A stretch of 64,000 nt of DNA from Octopus bimaculoides (taxonomy: Eukaryota), in assembly GCF_001194135.2 (NCBI RefSeq), contig NC_068998.1, positions 8,421,938 through 8,485,937 of the forward strand, given 5' to 3'. The notes below the pieces were generated by a model. It was not told the origin of the DNA, searched no databases, and worked only from the letters and a program-made list of their open reading frames with translations. The translations under genes were made by a program, and so were the position numbers. This document shows positions 12,391 through 24,828 of the stretch, in pieces (within the stretch, counting starts at the first letter, position 1; each line of letters starts with the position of its first letter).

Positions 12391-13117
12391 ATATATATAC
12401 GTATGTGTGTGTGTGTGTGCGTGTGTGTTTATACATGCATGCATATATAATATATACATACACACATACGGATTTAGATGGATGGACAGATAATTAGACA
12501 GACAGGCAGACAGACCGGCATTCAGGCAGGGACGCAGCTAGGTAGGCAGGCAGACAGTTGCAATGCTTCTACAGGTAAAGTCAGTCAATCTCTAGTTGTT
12601 TAATGAAATTAACAAAATTACTTTCTTGTAGAATCCTATTAGTTGTTTAATATACACCACACCAATTAATCCAATTTTGTTTTATCAATATTTGTAATAT
12701 AGTTAGTTATATCGCATTTACTATAGCAATGTCCTCCTCATACGTCCAATAACGTCTTGATGATAATGTACTCTGTTATATCCATTTGATATCAGATGAT
12801 AGCCAGTTATATACCATAGCAACGTTGTTTCTTCTCTTTATGCTGTGTCTACTTCAATGCCTCTTACAGCGAGTCACTTCTCTTCAGCCCTTTATACGGT
12901 TCTTTCTATCTATTAATAATTTATGATTTAAGTTATTGGACTGCGTCCATGCTGGAGCTACGTCTCGAACACATCGATCCCAATTGCTATTTGCTTTTAA
13001 ACCTGCGGTCTACTTCTGTATAAAGTCCTCATTTTGTCAATCGCTACGTTACAGGGATATACACACACCAAAACCGGTTTTCAGGCTGTAGATGCGACAG
13101 ACACACGCGCACACTAC

Positions 13118-13391
13118 GGCGCTCCGCCAGTTACTACAACGAGGGTTCCAGTTGATCCGATCAACGGAACAGCCTGCTCGTAAAATTAACGTGCAAGTGG
13201 CTGAGCACTCCACAGAGTGTAACAAGACTGCCCCTTTTGAAATACAGGTACAAGAGAAACAGGAAGAAAGAGTGAGTGAAAGAGTACAGCAGGGTGCGCT
13301 ACCAGCCGCTGCCGGAGCCTCGTAGCGCTTTAGGTGTATTCACTCAATAAACACTCACAACACCCGGTCTGGAAATCGAAACTGCGATCCC
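13118..13391 (-). mobile_element. tRNA-derived SINE, family C (head C + tail 2), 5' truncated
   Basis: Reverse complement is homologous to the full copy at 37628-37936 (shared GTGCTCAGCCACTTGCACGTTAATTT.ACGAGCAG.CTGTTCC). Confidence 0.85.
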
Positions 13392-14364
13392 ATAAACTAC
13401 ATAAATATAGTTTATATTTCTTAAAAAGAAAACCTTTTAGCAGTTAACAGTAAAACATATCTTATAAATTTCAGTTATCACTCTGGAGTCCTGATTATAA
13501 TAATTAGCTATAAACAGCTCTAGATATTAATATGTTCGAATATTTTATATCTGAGACTCTGCCTTTCCCATTGCGCCTAGTGTTTACTGAGCCAAAGTAT
13601 TCCTGATTATTGCTTCCAGCCTAAGTCATTTCCAGCTCAGGAAATATATATCGAAAGGCGTTCCTTATGTCAGGGTAGATATGACCTAAATTTAATTTTA
13701 TGCGATATTTAACACGGCATGAGGACTAGTTGTGCGTACCTCTTTTAGCACACATGACGTAGTTCGTGAAATATGTGCCATTGAGACACTAGATTAGTTG
13801 TAAACATATCAAACCGTCATCCAAAATGTGTGGCACTGTGTCAGCGTAAGAAATCAATATTGTAGATTATGTTGCACGTAAAACGATATTGCTACGGATA
13901 TTGATGAGGGTAACGATAATGTTTTTCGCTATCTCCGATTCGTCTCTGTTCAGGCAGAACTACAAAGAACTTATTTGCAGCTATTGATCATATCATCTTT
14001 TAATTTTCAGGCACTTATCCAATTTGCTTATTTGTCTTTTCCTGATTTGCCATAACGGCTGCAGAACGTGAATTATCTTTTTTTCTTTCTTTATATTTTA
14101 TTGTTTTTAGTCATTAGACTTCGGCCATGCTGGGTTTTCACCTTGAAGGTTTCTATCGAATAAATCTAGTAATTTCATTTATTTATTTATTTATTGACAG
14201 TATTATTTCGTTGGTTTCTTTTGTCGGAGCAATAAGCTAAAGGCGCGTAAACAAACCATCCACGTTTGTCAAGTTGTATACACAAATGTACAAAAGAATA
14301 TGCATATTAATATATGCGTATGTGTGTGTGTGTGAGTGAGTGTGTGTGTGTTTTCGTGTGTGTA

Positions 14365-14396
<32 letters not shown>

Positions 14397-14501
14397 NNNN
14401 NNNNNNNNNNNNNNNNNNNNNNNNNNNNNNNNNNNNNNNNNNNNNNNNNNNNNNNNNNNNNNNNNNNNNNNNNNNNNNNNNNNNNNNNNNNNNNNNNNNN
14501 N

Positions 14502-14553
<52 letters not shown>

Positions 14554-14587
14554 GAGAGTGATAAACAGGTAGACACAGAAATACGGA

Positions 14588-14618
<31 letters not shown>

Positions 14619-15375
14619 CCGGTAAAATACACACACACACACACACACAACAAGAACACTAGTATACACATGACAGGCGCCTCACGCAGTATCTGTCCAC
14701 CAAATTCACAACGAATTGTTCTGCCCCGAGCTCCGGTAGGTTTGCAGAGGATTTTTGCTCTTGTTATTTCTAGCAATCCAATCAAACATGTAGTAGCTTC
14801 CTTTTCTGATCTTTGTCATAAACGTGATATCAGGAGCTGGCTGTCTGACAACGTTGTCAGTTAATCTCACCATCTTTTTGATTTTTTCCAACTAATTAAT
14901 ATCAGTAACGCCAGGTAGAACCACAAACAACGAACAGAGATTACACAACAAACAAAATCGTAATTCATGTATGTAGCTGCGCAGTATAGAGTGACAAGGC
15001 AGACTGATCACAGCAAAGGAATGTACACACATACACACACGTACATACACATACGTAAACACATACATGTATGTGCGTGTGTGTGTGTAACTGTGATGTG
15101 TAGGTATACATATAGATATAGCAGATATAGATATACATATACATATGTATGTATACATACGCATACACCTTTATACATAGATACACACACATAAACGCAT
15201 ACACGTGTGTGTGTATGTATATTAGTGTGGTATGTACGTATACATATAGACATAGATATACATATATACATGTGTGTAGCGTTTATGTGTGGGGGGTGAG
15301 TGGGGGGGTGTTTGCTTACGCACGTAATAAGTGTTTTGTAGGAAAAAAGAATACAACTCAGTAGATGTGTAATCA

Positions 15376-15774
15376 TCTTTTCTAATCTAGGCAAAAGTCC
15401 AGAAATGGAACCAATCGATTAGATAGACGCCAGTACGTAACTGGTACTTAATTTAACAACCCCGAAAGGATGAAAGGCAAAGTCGACCACGGCGGAATTT
15501 GAACCCAGAACATAAAGACAGATGAACTAACCCTAAGCATTTCGCCCGGCGAGCTAACGTTTCTGTTACTTCGCCACCTATATTATTCCTTTCTACAGGG
15601 TCCAAAATGCTTCGGAAGGGTTCCAGTCAATTAGATCGACTCCAGTACGCAACTGTTACTCAATTTATCGATCTCGAAAGGATGAAAGGCAAAGTCGACC
15701 TCGGCAGAATTTGAACTCAGAACGTGAAGACAGACAAAATACCGCCCACCCATTTATGCCAGCTCGCCACCTTA
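15376..15774 (-). mobile_element. Two tandem family-A SINE copies
   Basis: Units 15376-15579 and 15586-15774 each contain GAAAGGATGAAAGGCAAAGTCGACC.CGGC.GAATTTGAAC.CAGAAC. Confidence 0.85.
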
Positions 15775-15913
15775 ATAGATAAATAGTTATACTTCATAGA
15801 TTTGTTTTCAGGTGACTCAAAACTAGTAGGGTGACTCAAGGACCGAGATTTCCGTGTTTGATGAACACAGGCTCTTTCATGTCATAGTATACAAGTGCTT
15901 ATATAATCTATAT

Positions 15914-16310
15914 AGGCACAGGCAAGAAGCCTGCTTCCCAACCACATGACTCGAGGTTCAGTCCCACAGCGTGTTATCTTGAGCAAGTGTCTTCTACTGT
16001 AATCTCGGGCCAACCAAAGCCTTGTGAATGGATTTGGTAGGCGGATACTGAAAAGAGGCCTGTCATATATATTTATGTCTATGTGTGTGCTCCTTTGTGT
16101 CTCTGTTTGTCACCCCACCTTCTAATCATTACATCACAACTGGTGTTGGTGTGTTTACGTCCCAGTAACTTAGCGAGTCGGCAAAAGAAGACGTTAGAGT
16201 AAGTATTTAGCTTGTAGAATTAAGTTCTGGGGTTGATTTCTTTCGACGAAAAACCCTTCAAGGCAGTGTTCCATCATGGCCGCAGTCAAATGATTGAAAC
16301 AGGTAAAATA
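15914..16310 (+). mobile_element. Family-B SINE, near full length
   Basis: Runs from head GGCACAGG..AAGAAGCCTGCTTCCCAACCACATG through the body to the tail CATGGCCGCAGTCAAATGATTGAAACAGGTAAAA. Confidence 0.85.
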
Positions 16311-16381
16311 ATGAAAGACGATAGATAGATAGAAAGATGGATAGATTGATAGATAGATAGATAGATAGAAACAAACAGACT

Positions 16382-16416
<35 letters not shown>

Positions 16417-17121
16417 TAGATAGAGGATAGGTCTATTTTAGCAAATGATTTCCTGTGTATAAATATAACCGTCTGAGTATACTTCAAATTACCAGATTGA
16501 ACAATAACGATTTCATTTTGTCGTACTAAATAGAGTGTCACGAGATTGTGACCCCAAAATAGACTTAGAATAAAATTTCATTACTTTTGTACTAGCAATC
16601 TTTCCACTTTCATTCTTATGATATTTCTAATATTAGGCACTTTCATAGCCAACATTCTTATACTAGAATTAATGAAGAAATATAGTGTCACATTAATGAA
16701 ATTAAAATGTTTGACAAAAATCGCAAGAAACGCCAATAGGGATAGGAACGCATCATAATAACGTAACAGATTGACATAACGAGGATTGACTCCAGTGACT
16801 AATGTGTGTGCGTGTGTTCTGTGTGTGTGTGTGTGTGTGTTGTGTGTTAGGCTTGTGTTCGCGTGTGTGTGTATATAAGTGTGTAAGTATATATATGTAT
16901 AAGTTTGTAAGTATGAAAAATGCGCAATCAATTTTTACGCTTATATATTTTGAATTATGCGTATCACATATTGTAGCAATTCATAACTGTATATATTTAC
17001 AGGTGTGTTTATGTTTGTGTGTGTATTTGTGTGTGTGTCTGCGCGCGCGTGTGCATACATGTGTGTATATGTGGACGTGTGCCAATACACACATACATAT
17101 ATATGCACACTCACGTATATA

Positions 17122-17166
<45 letters not shown>

Positions 17167-17170
<4 letters not shown>

Positions 17171-17240
17171 GCGTAGTCTTTGTCTGCTGTGAAGTGAGAG
17201 CGTAACTAGAACCGTTACGTAGTGGGTGGCATCATACAAG

Positions 17241-17282
<42 letters not shown>

Positions 17283-17356
17283 CTTGTATGATGCCACCCA
17301 CTATGTAACGGTTCTAGTTACGCTCTCACTTCACAGCAGACAAAGACTACGCAATT
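17167..17356. repeat. Fold-back inverted repeat: 74-bp arms around a (TA)n spacer
   Basis: 17167-17240 is the reverse complement of 17283-17356 with one mismatch. The spacer is itself self-complementary (TA)n. Confidence 0.9.
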
Positions 17357-18126
17357 ACACAACGAGTGTGCTTACTCAGATGAAGAAACCAAGCAATTTC
17401 ACGCTGCTGATGGCTGAATAAATTAATATTTGAAAAACCGTTCTGAATTACAACATATTACACAATCTCATGAAATCTTAGCATTAGGTGTGAACGTTGA
17501 GAAAGGAAAATACAAAATACAGAGGAATATTACTTTGGATCGGCCAAGTGTCCAAACAATTAGCTACTGATAACGAAAGCGACTCATAAACACTAGATAA
17601 CTAATTAGCCAATATAAAGATAACTATACACGAACTGAATAAAGCTAAAAATATCTTCAGGAAGCTTCAAAAACGAACCACCGAAGCAAATAGCATCTCT
17701 CACAACATCTACAGAGGCGTGAGGAAAGTAATTCACTCAAAATAAACTAATAAGTGAGCTAACTAAATAACTATGTATGTATATATATGTATACACTCAC
17801 AAAGACACACATAGACACACACACACACGCATATATTTATATTACACGACGATGGATATCAACAGGATTTAATGGTTACATCACAACTCACGTTTCTGCA
17901 CCCCTAATCAGATTTAAGTTGCAAGGTTCAAATTCATATAGCATTATGTAATATTACTTTCAATAATTACTATGTATTTGTATATTGTTTAACAACAGCT
18001 TCGTCATTAGGTGATATCCTTTTAAAAAAATTGCTAGAATTTACAGAATTTACCACCTCAAGGACGTACAGTACTCTCCACCAATCAAACAATTATATCC
18101 AGGTTGTAGGTGGTCCTTACATCTCT

Positions 18127-18213
<87 letters not shown>

Positions 18214-18219
<6 letters not shown>

Positions 18220-18387
18220 ACACACATTTTCTCTTTCTCCTTGTTTCTTTCTGTGTTCCTTTCTCTGAAAGAGCGTAGGCTCGAAACGTTAAAGACTTTT
18301 TCAATTCCCGAGCGTTATACTAATACATCAATTTGTTTTCTAAACCACCTGTCTTCGTCTGCTGTTGTTTTTCTTGTGAATTCTCCC
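18214..18387 (+). mobile_element. Penelope-type terminal repeat fragment with hammerhead motif, embedded in (TA)n
   Basis: 18259-18294 reads CTTT-CTCTGAA-A-GAGC[GTAG]GCTC-GAAA-CG-TT-AAAG. It ends in TTCTCCC+(TA)n, like the 12.2-kb copy. Confidence 0.65.
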
Positions 18388-18881
18388 TATATATATATAA
18401 TATATATATATAATATATATATATTTATTTATTTATTTATTCTTCGAACTTAGGTTTATGCTGCGTATGTTCACCACTCGAGTCTCACAAATAAGAGAGT
18501 TTTACATTTTGTAGGTTGTTGTTGTCATCAGTATTTTTTTGTGATGCAATATTATTAGTTCCAGGTGTGGTGAAGTAGTTAACAAATCTCTTATAGACTT
18601 AGAGCCATACCCACTGAGATAGTTGGAACTTAATATATTGCTGCTTGTGACAAATTGGTTGCATTGTAATTTTTCTTAGCTTTCCTATTATTGATATTAT
18701 TACGTTAATAACTGATATAATTGTATTCGCTAAATGTAAGATTATGAATATATTGAATCCAGCGGTGGTCAAGATAAATGATAAACTCCGATTTATATAT
18801 TTATATATTTCATATACTCTGTACAAAGAAACTAATATAATATATTACATGAATAATTCTATGTTATGTAACCGTTTGTGG

Positions 18882-20530
18882 TATTTGCTTTTGTTTTTAT
18901 CTATATAATATAGCAGTATATGAAATGATTATCGAATCTCGAAATGAATTATTCTTACAACAAACAGGATTGCTATTATTCATGCAATTCAGATGGATGT
19001 AAATATAGAGCAAGATGTAGAGATGGTGAAATTCGTATTGAGGGTAATAGTTGAGGTATTTAAGAAATGGCATATGGTAATAAGAGTAAAGCACAGCATG
19101 TGGATTTTAGCTATGGTCATAATCACCACTGTATTCTAACATGTTGTAACACACATATAATTAATCATATATACACACTTCACAAAGATTAGAACTCAGA
19201 AATTATTTTTAGCGAGTAAAATGTTGGTTCATTACGTTGGACATTAGTAGCGATCTTACGAATAGTTATGAATAAAATGCCTTGCCGTATATGTAACGAT
19301 TCTCTACGCTCTGAGTTCAAAATCTTGCTGAGATCAACTTTATGTTTTCGTTCTTCCAGGAAGGGGCTATAAAAAGTATTAATCGATAGTAATAATCAAT
19401 AAAATATACACGGGATCGATTTACTTACGGGATTTTAAGAACGTCGAACCGGATGTCTTGTACTTGTTCTCTGCGCTCTGACTTCAAAATCTAGCCGCAG
19501 TCAAATTTGTTTTCCATTCTTTCAGGAATCGATAAGACAAATACTGATCTTTCGCAATCGCTCTATGCATCCTGAGTTCGACTACTCTTAGAGCTCCTTT
19601 GAATGGTTAAACACGACTACTTGGCGCCTTAGGTATTCTTTGGCGCGTACTCCGTTGCATTCAGGTCAGGTATCCAGGTTGAAAATAACTTCTTCCTTAG
19701 AGCCCTTGACAATTGTCATAAATAGTCTTCTCTCCCAAATTAAAAGATAAAACTCATTATGGCCAAATCTCAATTCAATCGCGCCCAACCATCTTTGAAA
19801 TATATGCGTGGTCAACATTCACTAAAATTACACATATGCATGGAAAAATCCGTGTATGATATGGTTAGAATAGTGTTTCCTGACGCTTCGGGATTTATAT
19901 TGCGTCTGGCGGAAAACAAAGCGTCAACATTTGAAAACATTTTTCGTTTTCTAAGACAAATACCTGAGATTCGTTTGAGTTCCTTTTAAATATGATCTTC
20001 TTTGTGCTATACATTCGCTAGAAGAAAGCGAGCTGAACAATCTCGTCAACTATGTAATGATATAAGCGTATATTTTGAAATGTGTACCTCGGAATACAAT
20101 TAATGTTCGTGCAAATATTTGCTTTTGTTTTTATCTATATAATATAGCAGTATATGAAATGATTATCGAATCTCGAAATGAATTATTCTTACAAGAAACA
20201 GGATTGCTATTATTCATGCAATTCAGATGGATGTAAATATAGAGCAAGATGTAGAGATGGTGAAATTCGTATTGAGGGTAATAGTTGAGGTATTTAAGAA
20301 ATGGCATATGGTAATAAGAGTAAAGCACAGCATGTGGATTTTAGCTATGGTCATAATCACCACTGTATTCTAACATGTTGTAACACGCATATAATTAATC
20401 ATATATACACACTTCACAAAGATTAGAACTCAGAAATTATTTTTAGCGAGTAAAATGTTGGTTCATTACGTTGGACATTGGTAGCGATCTTATGAATAGT
20501 TATGAATAAAATGCCTTGCCGTATATGTAA
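18882..20530. repeat. 415-bp near-identical direct repeat (18882-19296 and 20116-20530)
   Basis: Offset is 1234 bp. I see four substitutions on by-eye alignment. Confidence 0.9.
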
Positions 20531-22054
20531 ACATATGCAAAACAAAGCTTGAACACTTGAACACATGCCCGGTTTCCTTTTGGCTAAAACAAAGACTCAG
20601 CTCCCTAACATGACATTCGTTTAAGTTCCTTTTAAATACGAGCTCCTTTGTACCCTGAATTTGCTGAAAACAGAGCAACCACATCAATCTCATCGACTAT
20701 GCGACGAAACGATATGTATAACTGCACACACACTTTATGTTCGTACAAATATTTGTGTTAAATTTACAAATATATGCAAAGCTGTCGCCCGCATTTAACA
20801 GTATAATAGAATTCATGCAAAGAGTAACAACTTGGATTACAAGCGAACTTTTTAGGGAAGTGTCGCTGAGCCCGCAATGGTTTGCTACATTCAAGAATAT
20901 GAATTGTTACGACTAGCATGCAAACATGATAGATTTGAAGTGATTATGTCTAGAGGATCCACAAACAAAATTGACTCAAGGCGTTCTTCAATTAAATTCA
21001 ATTTCCATGATGACACCGTTTCTGTTGAATAATCGCTACATTCTTCTCTATAAGTGTGTACGCTTACCCGCACTTTCTTAATCATTGAATTGAAAAGAAA
21101 TGCTCACAAATGAATGCAAATATTCACAAGATCCGGTTGCCCAATGCTCAAAACCTTCATGGGAATTCTGTGACACATTTAAGCAAAATTCTTTGCACAA
21201 CGAATTCAATTTATATAAAGCAATTATTGCATTTACTACCACATAAAAGATTCTGAAATAAGAATTTTCATGTGACGTAAATTCAGTGTTGCTATTTGAA
21301 TAAGCACCGCCTATGAACTTGTGAATAAAATGACAGCAAAGTTCATGCTTATTCTTAACAAAATAATGCAAAACCTCACAGTAGAAATCATATTATATTA
21401 TTGTAATCTACTTACAATAGGTATTTAAAAAAATATTTTTTCAGATTTAAAAAAAAAATATTCTATATTGCTTTTTGTTTCTTACTTTTTAAGTGTGTTA
21501 CATTATCTCATTTCTATTTCTCAATCCGATTTTTTCTTAGATATAAATGTGCAAAACTTCTTTTCTTTCCATCTTTTTTTTTTTTTTTTTTTTTCTCGGT
21601 TAAGTCTGTAAACATGTCCAATATGATTCATTCACTTGTTGCTAATTGTGAAGATGGTTTGTTTCGAAAGCCAGCTTTTGTTGTTTTCACCTTTTGTTAC
21701 AGAATATTCAAGGTGATCAACAGCCGGAATCCTTAGCACAGCAGACAAAAATATTTACTGACATTTCTTCCAGTTTTAAATTTTTGAGCTCCAATATTGC
21801 CGCGGTTAACTTTGTCTTTCAGCTTTGGAAACTCTAATTGTAGAGAGTTTCAAGGCGGCGGGTTAAAAGACTGAGTATTATCTTATATCGTGGCACATAT
21901 AATAACTTTCTAACGAATACAAATACTCTAAAAGAAGCGATGCATCTGTGAATGGTGATGTGTTATAGTGAGAAAAGGATTTGCACAAATCGAATCTCGC
22001 TCTCTGATCATGGACATTATAAACTAGAAAAGAAGAACTACATCATCGAATATT

Positions 22055-22460
22055 GTCAGTGCCACAGGTTTCCTCTCAGAGTTTCCCTCTCCTAGAGGGA
22101 ACAACAGAGAAGCCACCCACTCTCAGGGGTGCCAACCGTGCACCTGGACACCATCCGAGGTATTTCCACATCATTGCGTTTGCATACATACATACATACA
22201 TACATACATACATAAGAAATTTTGAAATAAAACTGAACAATGAAATATATACATACATACACATGTACGCATATTGTCGGATGGCTCATGAGCTCTTCCG
22301 CCCTTTGGTCTTATTTTTCGTCTTGTAGGGTGTCCAGGAATCAACCTCCTCATCAAGCAAGCTTGATGGGGTAGCCACTTTAGTCGCCGACGATCCGACA
22401 ATACAACAGGTTGTACTGGGCTACATATTACCAGTAGTGCCCGAGAACGACCTGACATAT
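22055..22460 (-). mobile_element. RTE-clade LINE 5' UTR-like fragment split by a (TACA)n tract
   Basis: Minus strand has CTAGGAGAGGGAAACTCTGA (compare RTE/BovB CTAGGAGAAGGAAAACTCTGA) and GGACACCCT...GACGAAAAATAAGACC..AAAGGGCGGAAGAGC. It is locally GC-rich. Confidence 0.5.
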
Positions 22461-22774
22461 ATGTGTGTTTATGTGTGCATGTGTGTGCGTGTGTTTGTTT
22501 GTATGTGTGTGTGTATGTGTGTGCATGTGTTTCCCCGTCCGTCCATACATATGCATTCACATCTTCATTAAGGACATATACCTTAGATGTTATCCCTTGG
22601 TGTTACTAAACGCCGTTGGACTTAGAAACGTAAATGAATTTGTGTGAACCCAAACTAAGCCAATATGGATAAATGAAAATTCGTTATTAAACCCCAAAAA
22701 TAGTATACAAATGCATCCGTGATTTAAATATAACTAAGAATATTTGAAAAATACACACGCATGCATGCATACTT

Positions 22775-22825
<51 letters not shown>

Positions 22826-23273
22826 AACACGCATACACACACATGTTTTTTTTTGTCTTTATTTTTTTTTCTTTGGCAAAATGAATCTATATGAATATAA
22901 CATGTCCAAGCATATTTTCTAGATTCTATTGATGCAAAGAAAACTACGACAAAAATTATTTTCTGATTTGTCCTTTTGTTTGTATTCTCAAGCATTGTTC
23001 CATTATTTGTATTTTAATAAATCATCCTCATGCAATTTATTCCATACCAATCTTCACCTACTCTACTCTACACCGCTCTTGGCTTCTTTATTATGTTCAT
23101 ATTTATTTTTCACGTTTGATTAATACTTATATTATTATTATTATTAGTAGTAGTAGTAATAGTGTTTTCTTAATTTTCTCAGCCTAATAGACACAGTTAA
23201 CCACTGCTAGAGTAATGAAAGATAGCTTCAATTCCCAATGGTGTTTTCAGCAGCGGACTTACGTAAATAAATG

Positions 23274-23337
<64 letters not shown>

Positions 23338-23753
23338 ATGTATGTATGAATGTAATAAAGGAAATGAAAAGGCGAAATCGAAAAGATTTATTTCAGCGAA
23401 AATGCTTCTAATGTTCATTGATATGTACGGCGACTATCAGCATGTATATGCTTGCCGGTGTGTGTGTGTGTGTGTGTGTGTGTTAGTGTGTGCGCGCGCA
23501 TGTTTGGATATGCGGATGTGTGGAGAATGATTCTCCGCCCACTCAGACATTAATATGCTTGAATATAATGGATACATACATATACACATAGACGTATGTG
23601 TGAGAGAGTACACACACACACACACACATATATACTTATGCATATATATTTATGTATTTATTTATTTATTTATATATGTGTATGTGTGGTGGGGGAAAAA
23701 CAGAACACAGACACAAAAACACAAACATATACATGTGTGTGTGTGTGTGTGTA

Positions 23754-23793
<40 letters not shown>

Positions 23794-23796
23794 CAT

Positions 23797-23957
23797 ATAC
23801 GATGGACTTCTTTTCAGTTACCGTCTACCAAATCTCCTCGCAAGACATTTGTCAGCCGGAGGCTATAGTAGAATACACTCGTGCAAGGTGCCACGCACTG
23901 GAACTGAGCCCCGAACCATTTGGTTTGGAAGAAAGCTTCTTACCACACAGCCACGCT
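23797..23957 (-). mobile_element. Family-B SINE, 5' half
   Basis: GGCTATAGTAGAA.ACACT..TGCAAGGTGCCACGCACTGGAACTGAGCCC...CTTACCACACAGCCAC. Confidence 0.85.
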
Positions 23958-24159
23958 GTGAAAGGTGACGTCGGCATAATAGAATTGAACCAGGAATTCA
24001 CAAGTTTAGACGCGTCTTAAGCACACGGCTGTGTTTCCATATATTTACATGTCCACATTGATCAAGAGATATATAAAGACAAATATATAGAAAATCAGAT
24101 ATGCACTTGAAACGAATAATATAAAATAAGGGAGTAGCAACGTGGGAGGGGCGGGAAGA

Positions 24160-24500
24160 GATCCGGGTTCAGAGGAAATTACATCGGAATCATTGTGTCA
24201 GATATGAATCATGATGGATTCTCATCTTTGATCTTTCATTGGGAAGGTTCTAGCTTCGTCTCTGCTAGATGAGATATTAATGAAGATCTTACAAAGCTAT
24301 GGTCAAAAACACAAACCGAATAGTCAATTCTAGGATTCGGTATCAATAATTCTCTTTATATTTAGACATGGAGATATCTAATAGAGGAAGATAAAATAGT
24401 GACAGTGGATTAACGACGCCAAATGAACCTTCATATAATAAGGAATACTGAAGGAAAGGGAAGAGGGAAATTTCTCAATATCTCCAGATTTTAGATTGAG
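24160..24500 (-). mobile_element. Possible LINE apurinic endonuclease-domain remnant
   Basis: A minus frame reads ..RIPRIDYSVCVFDH.., resembling the TRIPDR...LDLFL motif at the APE C-terminus. Very degenerate. Confidence 0.3.
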
Positions 24501-24590
24501 AAAAACAGTTAAATTCTACTCCATTTCGCATCACATCTCATTGCATTAAAATATACTGCTATTAAAATAATAATAATTATTATTATTATT

Positions 24591-24773
24591 AAGGCGGTGA
24601 GCTGGCAGAAACGTTGGCACGCCGGGCGAAATGCTTAGCAGTATTTTCTTTGTCTTTATGTTCTGAGTACAAATTCCGCCAAAATCGACTTTGCCGTTCA
24701 TCCTTTCAGGGTCGATAAATTAAGTACCAGTTGCATAGTGGGGTCGATCGAATCGACTGGCCCTCTCCTCCAA
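24591..24773 (+). mobile_element. Family-A SINE followed by an (ATT)n tract
   Basis: AAGGCGGTGAGCTGGCAGAAACGTTGGCACGCCGGGCGAAATGCTTAGC...GTCGATAAATTAAGTACCAG, flanked on both sides by (ATT)n. Confidence 0.9.
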
Positions 24774-24784
24774 GAGAAGAAACA

Positions 24785-24828
<44 letters not shown>

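Noticed and set aside
14845-14860. Perfect 16-bp palindrome CTGACAACGTTGTCAG (inverted TGACA half-sites)
   Set aside because: A rough estimate gives on the order of one or two such palindromes by chance in 64 kb of this composition, and there is no other support.
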